Of a DNA stretch of 64,000 bases, positions 17,266-29,879 are shown piece after piece. The translations under genes were made by a program, and so were the position numbers. Origin of the DNA: Anthoceros angustus (lineage: Eukaryota > Plantae > Anthocerotophyta); assembly GCA_010909165.1 (NCBI GenBank), contig MU008177.1:868001-932000 (forward strand), read 5' to 3'. Position 1 is the first letter of the stretch, and every line of letters begins with the position of its first letter. Under the pieces are notes generated by a model. The model was not told the origin of the DNA. It was given only the letters and a program-made list of their open reading frames with translations, and ran no database searches.

Positions 17266-19129
17266 CTAAAGAGCCTTGTGCTTGGATACGACAGCCTCAC
17301 TAAGGGCTGAAGTGGTCTGCCAGAGTTTTGCAGCCAGCTCTCGGTTGTATGACAGATTTGAAGAAGGTAACGTCCGGCCACCACCTCCGAAAAAGTACTC
17401 CCCAGAACGATTCTGAAAATTACAACAGAGGATGAGAAAGTGGAAGGCAGTGCACAAAAAACTCAGTCCAAAAGTATCTTCTCGTCTGGTCTCACGGACA
17501 TTGGGGGCGAGGGCAGCATCGATCACTGATGCCGATCCAACTGCTGGAGAACCCAACAACCCGAGGGACCTGAGGACGACGCTGCTGAGGTCCTTCAACC
17601 AGACAGGAATTTCCCTTAGAATATTCGTATCAACAGCCCCAGGATCCGCTGCCCTGCACAGCGATTGTGGGATAGTTTGTAAGCCCAGTATCACCACAAG
17701 AGTAACTAGTACTGAAAGAGCCCTTCATTTGCTTTTGTTAGGGTCTGAAACATTGCTAACCTCCTTGGATATCACATTGTGTTTCTTTCTTTGTAGACAC
17801 AAAAGCTGTCAGCACTTACATGACACTGATCCTCGAAGACTCCGGCAAGATGAACAGCCGGTGATGAAGCTCATAGGTGAAGAGAATCAAAGACACTGCC
17901 ACAAGAAAAACGCTGGTAAAGGAAGTGAGTAACCAGAAGCCAGAGATGGTCCAACGATAAGCAATCGCTGGGGGCTAGCTAAGAGCGTACATTTGGATGC
18001 CTCGTAGATTCTTGCCATCCTATACCACGTGGTTGGAGGCAAGTTTTGCATGTTTCCTTGAATAAGCAGATTTGGATCAACCTGAAACGTGTTCACTGCA
18101 CCTTGAATCAGTTTAAAAAAGAGAACAAAAGCAATGCCTTCATATTCAAACTTTGAACCCCGGAATCTCACATACCACAACGGTGAGTGAATGACACGAC
18201 ATTCACGATACGAGGATTCCATGAGTGCTTTTGCAGAAGTGGAACAAGTTGTTGCACAAGTATAAACGGCCCGAAGTAATTGCTTGCCATCATGCTGAAT
18301 TAGAGATCCAGAAAGCTTAGGAAACAAAATGTCCAAAGTTCCTGCAGGCTAAATGCAAAACCACAGCAGTAACATGACACAGGATGATGCTAACTTACTA
18401 GTCAAATCCATCAGCGCTATATCTTTCAGATGCAGCAAGCATGCCTGCATTGTTGATCAGAAGGTCCAGACTGTACTGCTGGTCCACGGATTCAAGCCAC
18501 AATTTCACATCTCGCACGAAACTCAATATGGAAGGAACACTGGACAGATCCAACTCCATAGCTTGGAGTGACAAGCTCCTGGTTTCGCCTTCGAAGTCCT
18601 CAATCACCTGACAAAACTTCCCTCCTTGTCAGTCAGAATACATGACAGTATTTCCTTCACTTCCTGATGTCATCAAGCGATTCCATGTACCTTCTGTAGC
18701 TTTGCCAACGACCTCCCCGCTGCAAACAACAAGATTTAGACCTAGTCGCGGATTCCCTGAACGGGGTCCTGAAACTCATACAGATCTTCTCACTCTTACC
18801 GAGGATCACATGGTACCCTTGATGAGCAAGCGCAGCAGCTGTGGCCCTCCCGATACCGGAAGATGCCTGCAAGAAAAGACCATCTCACCGTCAACGAACC
18901 CATCTGGCAGTGAAGTCAAATTACACACAAGGATCGTGCTGCTTACGCCTGTGACTATGCAAGCAGCCTTTGCACTCCCAAGTGGCATCAGGGAGACTGG
19001 AATTCTGGGAGACGCACGCCGGTACCAGCTTCGGACCCATAACCGGATATAGCAGAGGATGAGCACTAGAGTCCATACCACGCCCATCCGCCCGACATTA
19101 GCCAGCCTGAACACATCACGTCCTGCCAT
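17266..19129 (-). CDS. Short-chain dehydrogenase/reductase (retinol dehydrogenase-like Rossmann fold), multi-exon
   Basis: CIVTG|ASSGIGRATA (TGxxxGxG), MELDLSS, LLINNAGMLA, NYFGPFILT, YEASK (YxxxK), C-terminal SGEYFFGG...SYNRELAAKLW. Confidence 0.92.
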
Positions 19130-19286
19130 GGCTATGCGCGCTACGGATTGCGGATTTTCAAACGTGTCTTGCGATTGTAGCTGCAACGACGGGTGTGCTG
19201 CTGCATCTGTACACAACAGGACCCTTCCATTTTCAGACCCTTTCCTTCTGTTTTAGCTGCCTTCAGGTTTAGCTGCCTGTCCGGAA

Positions 19287-21690
19287 ATGCCAGCATACGC
19301 CGTGATTCTGGGCCCATGTTCCTGCGTCCCTGAATTGCGGTTGCGTCGCCCAGTACAGGACTCCCGTTTTCTCCGAAGCTGCAAGTTGGCCTGGGCTCCA
19401 ACCAGCATGGGTGATTACAGGGCCAAGAGGATTGAGCTGGGACGTGCCCATCGAAGTTCGACTGTGGGAATCGTTGCGGGAATTGGGAGGGATGGTCGTT
19501 TGCAGTCTCGCTTGGAGGCCAGAATTTGCAGAGTGGCGGTGATAGGGGCTGGCGCAGCTGGGCTGGTGGCAGCTCGGGAGCTTGCAAGAGAGGGGCATGA
19601 AGTTGTTGTGTACGAGCAAAGTGGGCTCGTGGGCGGAGTGTGGGTGTACGATCCCCGGGTTGAGGATGATTTACTGGGAACGAAACCAGATACAACGCGT
19701 GTGCACGGCAGCATGTATGAGTCTCTGCGAACGAATTTGCCTCGGGAGCTGATGGGATTTCTGGACTTCCCTTTTCTGCCCACGAAAGGGAGGGATCCGC
19801 GGCGATATCCAGGGCATGAGGAAGTGAGATTGTACTTGCAGGATTTTGCTGAGGAGTTTGGGGTTATGCGTTTGGTGAGATTCAACACCCAGGTTGAAGA
19901 TGTCAGTCCCGTGGTGAAGGATGTGGATGGAGGTGCCGGAAATGGATGCCGTGAAGATGCATCCCAAAAGATGTGGGATACTGCGGATAGGATACATGGG
20001 TCTGTCGTGGGTGACACGAGAGAGTTGGCAAGGCCGTTGTTTGAGCAGCCGATTGTTAATGGTGTGCAAGGTCTGGATTTGGGAGAAGTAGGACCTCAGG
20101 TGCCTGCTCAGTGGGTTGTGACGAGCCGGAGGGTAGTAGGGGAGAAGGCCGATGATGCTGCAGAAGAATTGTTCGATGCAGTTGTTGTTTGCAATGGCCA
20201 CTACTCGAAGCCCAAGATTGCTAGTATTCCTGGTACGTGGTGCTGTTGGTTCGTTGGTTTGCACAGGTTCTCTGCATTCAACTTGGGCAACAGGATGGAC
20301 ATGATGCCTGTTTGTACAGGGATTGAGAGCTGGCCTGGCACAGTTATGCACAGCCACAACTACCGTGTTCCAGCTCCATTCCGGGACCAGGTAGGTGTAG
20401 CGAAGTTGGGGTACCCTGCATGGGGGTGCTGCTGTGCTGTCATCTTGTAGAGCCCACTGCCAGATTGGTGTGACAATGATGTAGGTGTCTACCTTGTCGG
20501 TGCAGTGAAAGTTGCAGGGATATGTGTAGGTGGTGGTTCTTGTGGGCGCTGCAGCAAGTGGTGAGGACATCTCCAGAGAGGTAGCAACGGTGGCTAAGGA
20601 GGTGTACTTGTCTGCACGAGGCTGGAGCTCCTCTTTGGACCTTTCAAAGCCAGACAGTCGACAAGGAAATCTCTGGCGGCGTCCTTTGGTATGGCCCACC
20701 TTCCAGATCCATCGTTGAAGCAAATTTTCAGCAGAGAATGCTCTCATACTGCAAACAATCCGTTACGTGTCATCATCTCAGATAGAGTCCGTTTCAGCCG
20801 ATGGAGCTGTGAGATTCCAGGATGGGTCAACGGTTGTGGCAAACACGATAATGTTTTGCACTGGGTGAGTCCTCGGAGCCGAACTGAGACATGTTTCACT
20901 CCTTGTCTGCTTTCCAACTCATTCGGGTGTTGGAATCCATCCGAGCATTTGCTTGACACCTCAATGACTGGATGCTAAAACGCAGGTATGTTTACTCGTT
21001 TCCCTTCCTTCACTCACACGGATGTGTGTCAGTTGAGGAGAATCAAGTCGGTCCTCTGTACCAGCATGTGTTTCCTCCTGCTCTAGCACCAACTCTGTCC
21101 TTCGTTGGACTCCCATACAAGGTGAGACTGAAGGCTGTTATGGCACTGCTACATGGCTTTTTCTTGCCCTCTTTTGCAAAGATCCATTCACGGGGCTCTT
21201 TCCGCAGGTAGTTCCCTTCCCACTATGTGAGTTGCAGTCGAAATGGATCGCCAAGGTTCTATCTGGCAAGCTGTGTTTGCCATCCGCCCACCAGATGATG
21301 GCGGCAGTGCATAACTTCTATGCCTCCTTGAAAGCGCACGGCCTTCCCAAGCGCTATACACACAATGCGGACACGTATCAGGTCTGTCCTCTCCCCTCTC
21401 GCTTGTGAGCTGTGTCTGTATTTCTTTTCCTTGGGTGAAGCTGCGTCAAGCTAACCATGCCGTGTGCTGTGTTTCTGCTGGCCATCGCGAATCAGTTTGC
21501 CTATGTGTCTTGGCTTGCCGAGCAATGTGGGTGCGAGGTTGATTGGTGGAGACAAGAAATGTACTCCGCGAGCAGAGACAGCAAAAGGACACATCCTGCA
21601 ACGTATCGTGACGAATGGAACGACCACCACTTAATGAAGGCAGCATATGCAAGCTTAACCCTAAAACCGCCAATTCAAAGCGTAACCTAG
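19287..21690 (+). CDS. Flavin-containing monooxygenase (FMO GS-OX-like), with N-terminal transit-like extension
   Basis: VAVIGAGAAGL (FAD), SMYESLRTNLPRELMGF, RYPGHEEV, VVVCNGHY, WPGTVMHSHNYR (FMO identifying motif), VVLVGAAASGEDI (NADPH), FCTGY, YQHVFPPALAPTLSFVGLP. Confidence 0.93.
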
Positions 21691-21974
21691 AATTGTCATT
21701 GAGAAATTTCAGCTGGTTTCCAAGTATCTACATACATACCGGTAGTACCCCTAAGGCAAACACCTATCAAATATAACATTTATCAAACTCTGATATATAG
21801 CCATTAGCCCCAGCTAGGGAGTAACATTTCCCAGAGTAGACTGTATTTGTACTACCGGCCTACGTACAATTGATCCCGCCGGAAGGCGGGAACGCAATTG
21901 CATACGCAGGCAGAAAACAACAGCGTCACGAAGTACGCCGGTTGAAGTGCCCGGCGTCCAGGGGGGATCCAACA

Positions 21975-23701
21975 TCACGCTAGTCGCTCTAACCTGGCGG
22001 AGACAGCGGCTAAGGAGAACGAAGTGGCCACTCCTTTGGCGTGCAGAACCTTGCTCACCAGCATCTTCCACCTTGTCTCGTCCCTGGCAGTCTGCTGAAG
22101 ACTCACTATCCTATCCTTGAAATGACTGCAAAAACAAAACAAGTACTGGTCAACATCGCACCAGTAGATTAGGTGGTGACAAAAACTGTTCAACTCGGTG
22201 GAAACGAGCGCGACTGCTTACCTACAAAGAGGAACTTTACATGTGGTTATATCTGGACATATGCGTGAATGTAACTCAAGAAGCTGCCACATACGTTTGC
22301 AATGCACGCATCCCCCAGAAACCTTCAACTTGCAGCCTGCGAAATGTCTCACCAGGGATTCTATGCCCTTGCAAGCTGTGAACTTGCATGGAAGCTGCTT
22401 CCTCCCATCTACAGTCTTGTCAGAAGGCGCTATGCTTCGGCAGCCGTCTCTGCAAATGTGTACTAACGCTTGCATTGCATCATGAAGCTGCCCGTAAACC
22501 TTGTCCTCCTCAGCCTTTCTAATCCTTTCTTGCCGTTTCTGCAGCAGACGGTGCAGTGGGTTCAGACTGTGCAAAAACATCCCACTTATGTGCAGTCCCT
22601 TTTTTTGCTAGACAGTTGAACATACTGAACTTACAGAGTCAGCTTCGATCACTGCTTCGACGAGCTCCTGCTCCAGCGATGGTTCATACTCCTTCATATC
22701 TCTCCAGCCCTCCGATCTTACAACGAGCTTGAAATTGCGAATAATAAAACGCATGGAGGTAAGGTTCAGCCTCGGTGCATCACAGAGCCTTGCTAACTTC
22801 ATGACATCGATGGCATTATCTGTGCTGAGTAGCCCCTGCTCGAGTTGTTGTTGACAGACTCGCTTGAGTGCTGGAATGCAATATGCATGGGCGAGTACAA
22901 GAAAGTGCAGAACATATTTTTGCATCTCCTCACGTTCATATCTGACAAAACCACGGTTCCACAGGTCACATTTCACCACCTATCCCTAACTTCCTTGCAA
23001 TCCAAGCTTGCTGCAGCAGAAATTGCCGCTAGCTCACCTTGATGAATAGATGAAACGAACGAACGCCCTTGCAGCAGGATAGGAAACACCTGGTATAACA
23101 ATAGCATGTGACCAACTTCGGCACGCTTTCCGCTCAAACAGAGCTTGCCAGACAGGGGAGGTCGCAGCCTGCAGCAAGCGTGTCATATAAATGCAGATTG
23201 TAACAGAACAGAGGTTTCGATGCGAAATTGACACTCAGCAAATCAGTCCTCGGAAATCTGGAACACCTTAGAAGCACGTACCAGAACATAAGAGTGCGCT
23301 GCAAATACCCCGCCGTCCTCAGTACTGATCGCCACATCCCCCTCGATTCCCTCAATAAAGAGTCTGTCCCATGCCTCCACAACCTCTTGGGGTACACACG
23401 GATCTGCGGCACTCCTGCCTCGGAATGAAGCGTGTGACGCCAAAGAAAGGGGAGGCGGAGGAGGGGGAGGCACAGGGGGAGCTAAACCGTATTCCAATCC
23501 AGCACTAGGCGGTGAAGATGGTGGAAAAGGCAAGCTAAGATTTTCAGAAGTGAGCGTATCGGCGTCAATGATATCTACCTCTTGCACGACAGGAGCAATT
23601 CGCCTCGCGTCTTTCAGAGACTGTATCCTCTTCAGAGCGGATGGTGGCAGCGGCGGTTTGGCAGGGGTATAAGCAATCTCTGACTGCGAAACCTGAGCCA
23701 T
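21975..23701 (-). CDS. BT: BTB/POZ and TAZ zinc-finger domain protein (BT family)
   Basis: [76 protein letters not shown]...[26 protein letters not shown]...CKVPLC. First ATG taken at 23701; an upstream exon is possible. Confidence 0.92.
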
Positions 23702-24251
23702 CAGGCGATCCACTTCACAAGAGGAGCTCCTTGCCAACAGTGACAATACACCCGCTCCACTAAGACTTCAGCTTGCATTGCGCTGGTCGGATACGCGATG
23801 ATACATTCTCGTCTGTTCCTGCCCCTCGACTAGCTCAATTCTCCAGCAAGCGTCTCAAAGCAACGGATCCTCTGTGCACAGTGCTCTGTTCAGCAATCCC
23901 CCCTCAGAAGAACCGAGAAAAGCGCAGCTACCTCAGCACGTCCGCGGCAATTACATCCGGCATAGCTCGTCTCCAACTCTCGAGATATAGGGCCAATTCA
24001 GTTCCGGTGCGATCGATCCTCTGGAGACAGCGGAACGTTTCGGCCGGATCGCAGCCAGCAATCCTTGAGCGGCGAGATGGCGAGGCGCACCGCAGCCGAT
24101 CCAAAGCCGCGCGAAGAAAGAGGAGCCGAAACGGACAGAATGCAATTTATTTCCAGGTTCGGTGTTTATCCCGATGCAGCTCAGGCAACACAATATCCGG
24201 AATTTACATGCGCACCAACAACTTGGGAGCCGGTTATTATACACAAGGTTT

Positions 24252-24350
24252 GAAGTGTGTGCAGAAAAGGAAGTATGCAAAAAAGGAAGTGTGTGCAGAA
24301 AAGGAAGTTTGTGCATCAAAACATTTGTGTGGAAAAAAGGGAAGTGTCCG
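24252..24350. repeat. Short degenerate tandem array (about 16-18-bp unit GAAGTGTGTGCAGAAAAG)
   Basis: About 4-5 imperfect copies are visible. Confidence 0.6.
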
Positions 24351-25270
24351 CAAGAAAGGACGAAGAGCGCATCTACCCGCGTCTGCCACAAGGATAAGAG
24401 AACTGCTACCACAAACGACATTGGCGAGTCAGGACTATTTTACTCTGGCAACCACCACTCCCAGGGAGTATGCAGGTCGTGATGGCCCTTCCAAGTGGCA
24501 TGACATCAAGGGGCCCCAGTTTGATATCCGAGATACTTGCTCCGCTTGAGAAATGCGCTAACGACAGGAATATGGCTCCTGACTCGTCTGTCGGACTCAT
24601 CAGCCAGGTCAACAAATTGAAAGCTGCAGGGCAGAGCACTCGATGCAGTGCTCTGCAGAGCAGTCTTTCCTCAGCATCCACAGCAGGCATATATGCGGCC
24701 ACCAGTACCTCCAGCGCCGTACCTACAGCATGATCACGCTTGAAGAGGCGGATGAGCTTGGCATCTTGAGCTCCGAGCAGGGACTGCTGCAACCTCCTGC
24801 GCATGCTGCTTCATGAACCTCGTGAGAATTGGTTAGATAGTTCGCTTCACAAAGAGATCCATATTCCATCAAATGACCAGGCAGACAAGAGGAGCCACGG
24901 CTTCCGAAGGGTGGAACCACAAATTTCTCCGCTTTGCTTCAGGACTACGCTTCCAACTTCCAAGGAACAAGCAGATTACACAATATGTGACAGCACACTT
25001 GGGCTGCTAATCTTCCAAAGTAAGGGCACAGGTGGAGCTGAGAATTCCACTGCTTGCAGCTTGCCACCAGGGAAGACGGGATCGCGCTGAAGTGTGCTTG
25101 CGCTACAGAATAAACAGTGAAGAGAACACTCTCCATAAAAATAAGCGCACCCTTCAAACTACAAGGATAGGCCTGCCGACTATTCTCTGTACAGCTGAAT
25201 GATGCTGCCAGCCAGCTCCTATCAGGAGAACTGAAGCGGAAACCACAATACACAGTACAGTGACTGGTGC

Positions 25271-28200
25271 CTACTTGTCAACCTGCTTCACCCGCTTGGC
25301 CTTTTTATGCGAATGTCGCACAGGCTTGCTAGGCTTCTTGCCCCTGGTCAGATGAAAAGGAACCATCAAAATGAGGAAACAAGAATGAAGTCTAATCTGA
25401 TACGGCTCTGGTAGTCCAGCCAAACGGCAAGAAATACCGTACAACAAAGAGACAACCCTATAGCTTACATGACTACCCCACGTCTGGACCCGACACTCAA
25501 AACCTATGGTCCCTTGTGGCAAGTAACTCACCTAAAAACCGTAGAAAACGCAGAAGACAACACGACAAATGCTGCTACAACTGGCAAGGCGACCAGCAAA
25601 GAGGCCTGCAAGACACATCACATGGTTGGCACACGAGAAACGAGGGTAACAAACTTACCGCAACCTAAAAAAACGTCCTAAACCACAACCAGACTTGCAA
25701 ACACACTGGAAACTTCACACTTCAGTTGCTGGTCATCAGGCTCATACCAAAAACCACACCACCTCTCTACTTGCAAGGGATGACAATGATTCATGCTTGC
25801 TCAACGTACTCTTCACAGATGCCTGAACCTGCAAACAGAAAAGCAAGTAATTACACTACGACAAAACAGTAAAGAGTTGACAGAACCAGGCACCTAAGTA
25901 CCTAAATCCTACAGGAAATGACAGCATGTACACATCATTTTTTCGGAATTCAAAGAGACCACAGGCACCTGCTGGTGGTATGCTGTTGCAGAAGACAGCA
26001 AATCACGATACACAATACTAAACCTCTCCACATGGGGCTCCGCAAGTGTCCTTGCTTTTTGGTAGTGCGGACCCACTGCAGACCCCCAGGTTTCGACAAA
26101 AGGTTTCACTGTCTCTTGCACAACCTGAAACAATACGCATCAACAATTCCATCAGTGAAACTTCCCTTCAAGGAAGAGGCAGTATAGGCACCATGTAGAT
26201 CATAGAAACAGACCTGCAAATAGGGTTCAAAGTACTTCTGAGCGTTCTGAAAATGTGGTGCAAAGGTATTTTTGGTTGTCTCATAGCCCCTCTTTGCCTT
26301 CTTTCTGGCGTTCTTGATGTACGGCGAAGACAACTTGGAAATCGTGTCAAACTGTTGCTTGACATAAGGACTCCATTTCTGCTCAATGCAGAGGTTTCAA
26401 TCAGATCTCACCAAAGCTCAAAACATAAGAGATGAACCACTCTGCCGACAAGGATATATACACAGCTCTCCTGGGAATGTGGACGCATGACTCAATATCA
26501 GCACACATGAAAACAGCCTTACCTTCTGCAAATTAGTGACATGCGGCTTGGCCCACTTCTCAAAAGCTGCTGTGTTCTCAGTAACCTGTATTGAGGTCAT
26601 AGAACATCAACACGCTCAGTACTGGTGCGTAACAGGCTGAAAGACAGCTCAGCATAGGTCCTATATGGCACCTTCGTACGGAACGTCTTGTAATGAGGTT
26701 CTCCATGCTCAAGCCACTTGGATGCAGCAGAAGCCTAGGGTATAATCACATAGCAAGACCATAAGCAAATACCATCATACTGCTAAGCCCAAAGACTAAA
26801 ACTGCAACAATCGGCAGATATCCTGCATACTTGTAACTGTGCAAGATGAGTAACTGCCCACGGTGGCAACCAGCCTTCATACACCTGCGGAACACGATCA
26901 CAACTTAAAGAACACATTCACAAAACTACCTGAGTCAGCATACTATGATCCCTGTGCACTTTACCCATTCACCAAAAGCAAACCTAAGACCATGCACAAA
27001 AAAGAGACTCACACGCAAAGACATACAACAATCTAAATCCACTACCTGACACCTGGAGTTGGGGACCAAAAAATATAGGCGCCCAGAAACCAACCTTTAA
27101 GAGCTCTTGCGCTTTGGATGCAACTTCAGCCTCAGCTTTCCGCATTGCAGCCTAATATAAGCATCAAGGAAGAAACATGTGACAAAAGGTCCTGCACTCT
27201 GGAAGACAAAAGGAACACACCCAGAACTAGCTCTGTCCCGCTAAACGCGGAACAATCTTTCCAGCCAACCTCGGCAATCTTTAGGGCACGTTCCGCGAGC
27301 GAGAGCTTCTTCTTCTGCTCAGCTGAAGCTTTCTCAGCCTGCCCAGGATAACCCAGTCAAGAACGAGCTGGCACATCCCTGTATATTCTACTTTCTGCCC
27401 CAGGCAAGGGAAAGATACAACACTGCTGCCCGAAGTCATGTTACATCCTGAACTTGGTGGAAACAATGCTGACGCACCTTCTCAAGCTTTGAAAGAAGCT
27501 CATCAGCCGACACTTCTGCATTATGTGCGCGGGAGCTGAGAGCCTCAACTGTCTGCTCCAACTCCTTAGAATATGCTTTGAGATCTACAATCTGCAATAT
27601 GCGCATCCCATTAAGCATAAACGCAGGTCCGTTAAATAGAACCCAAACACAAGTACACGCAGTGAGAGCCCAGCAAACAACCTCTGCCTCCAGGAGCTGC
27701 ACCCTCGAAAGGGCAGCCTCAAGCTTAGCCTCCACATCCTTGGTATCCTTCTTCTGCAAGAAGAACTTCACAGATCAGGAGATTACTTGGCAAGGAAGCC
27801 AACCTACAGCGATTCTCTTAGCTAACAATGAATTCGTCCAACCTGTAGCTGATCCAAATCAGTCTGGAGGGATACAATTTTTTCATCTTTGTGCTTCAGA
27901 AGAATGACGTGATCCTGCAACCGCAACTCTGCGCAACAACGACGTCAGAAGCAGCTCACACGCGTCAATCCACCTGCAAAAAGAGGTCAGCCAACCAAGC
28001 ACCGTCGCCAATCTTACTGCTCTACATCTCCAGCTACGACTCAGATCACTAACTAATAACACCGCTGATGATCACTCCGCTGTCCCACAAATGACCTAGT
28101 ATCTGCTCCTCTCTTGAGAGGAGGACGCCATGACTCGACCTCTTTCCTCATACACCTCGCAACACTAAACCAAGATCTCCAGCGCCACAGGAGGCCCCGC

Positions 28201-28646
28201 GTGGTGCGATATCAGCCATTTTCCCGACATACCTCTCAGTCCTATATAAACTGAGCGGCTCTTGATATCGGCATTCCTGACGCTCAAAACAACACCCGGC
28301 AGTGCTACACCATATTAGGGCTACCGTTCACCGAACAGCCTGCCATTCCCACCAGACTCCCATTCCCCCTCACCGATGCCTATCAGCACAACCGATCCAG
28401 CGACTGAGGCATCAAGGCAGCAGCCGTACCGAGCGACGACAGCTTGTGCTTCCAATCATCGATCTCCTTCTGATGCGACACACGCTCCAACTCCAGCTCC
28501 TTCAGGTGCAAAACATCTTTCCCGTGGCCCTCGTGATGCACATCCGGATGCAAGATGTCCTCGGCGCTGCCGGCCGCGGAATTTACCAAACCGACAAGCA
28601 GCAGCAGGAAGAGCCCGATCCCGGGCCCCGAGAGGCGGCGCTCCAT
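25271..28646 (-). CDS. Signal-peptide coiled-coil protein (plant myosin heavy chain-related family), many exons
   Basis: Hydrophobic N-terminus (MERRLSGPGIGLFLLLLVGLV), heptad exons (DVEAKLEAALSRVQLLEAEV), WLPPWLE, YFEPYLQ and the family-typical basic tail KKPSKPVRHSHKKAKRVKQVDK*. Confidence 0.85.
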
Positions 28647-29879
28647 GTGCACGGCCTGTCCGCCCCGACTTGGCTGCAACGACGATCCTCCGTCCTTCTC
28701 TTCGCAGCGCTGAACGATTCTAAGCGCACAAATTTGGATCTGGGTCCAGAGATACTCCTTGCCTAGAGGACAGGGCGAAGCCTGCGTATCAGGCTTGCTC
28801 GCCGCTGCGCGAAGCAAGGAAGGCGACAAGACGCAGATGCCTCGCGCACAGCCGCCTCGCATTCGTCGCTCCGCTTAGGATTTAGGTTAGGCGCGCCCGA
28901 GCCTGGAGGCCCCACCTAGGCTGACGACTAACGACCAACTGATGGTCCTGACCGCCGTCTTTTGCTGCCATCACAATTTCCAGCAAATCACACAACATCA
29001 CCACATATCTGGACAAATACAGGTGGCAGGCTCGCTGATGCCCACGAGGCCAGAGACGACTACGTCTCATAAAAACTCTCAAATACTTCACTTTAAATTC
29101 ATATGTGCTTATAGATTTGGTGCATGTAGCGCGGACTTGATTTATTTACTTTGCATTCCTTCACATTCTTCATAGCAAACAGCCCGCGCTATTTCTGCTT
29201 GAAAAGTTCCTGCTCTCGGCAAACAAACTTGTCAGCAACACGCGTAAGGGGGGTATTTTCGAAGTTACATAGTGTTTATTGAACAATACTGGTAAATGAA
29301 TATGTGAAAGAGGGAGATCAGGGGTTTACACATCCAACCTGTTAGCCTTTTCTCATATGGGAAGATAAACAAAAAATCAGACCTCACGCAGGTCTCTCGA
29401 TTTTTCTACCCACATACAAGAAGGTGTCTGCAAGTACAACTTTGGCCAGCTACAGTGTTACAACAACAGGAATCACGGTCACTAGCAACGGTTCCTGGAG
29501 GACAATCAAATCAACGGCAACGTGTCGACATGGACAGGCATCAGCTTCATGTGTATCAGCCTAGCGGACAACACAGTTCACAAGGCGGATTCATTAGTCA
29601 TCAGCATTTCATTAGGACAATGCAACATAGGCAATGCAATATCCATTCATCAGGGTGGAGCATGCTCAACAAGCATTTCGAAACAAAAGACGGTAGCTTT
29701 GCAAGGTACACGGTAGCCAGCAACTAACTCCAGGAGCAAAGCTACAAACAACCTTATTTTATTCCTCAAGTCCTTCCTTTCTTATGGCATAGGAATGCAC
29801 TCTCCTCGAGACACCTTTCTTAGCTTCAACCTATGCAACGCCTTCTAGTCTATTTTCCTAATAATACCTACTGAACTAT

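Noticed and set aside
23773-24549. 258-aa plus ORF and a 59-aa ORF at 24077
   Set aside because: Non-ATG start or no homology; the frame stays open across low-complexity repeats in the BT promoter/5' region.
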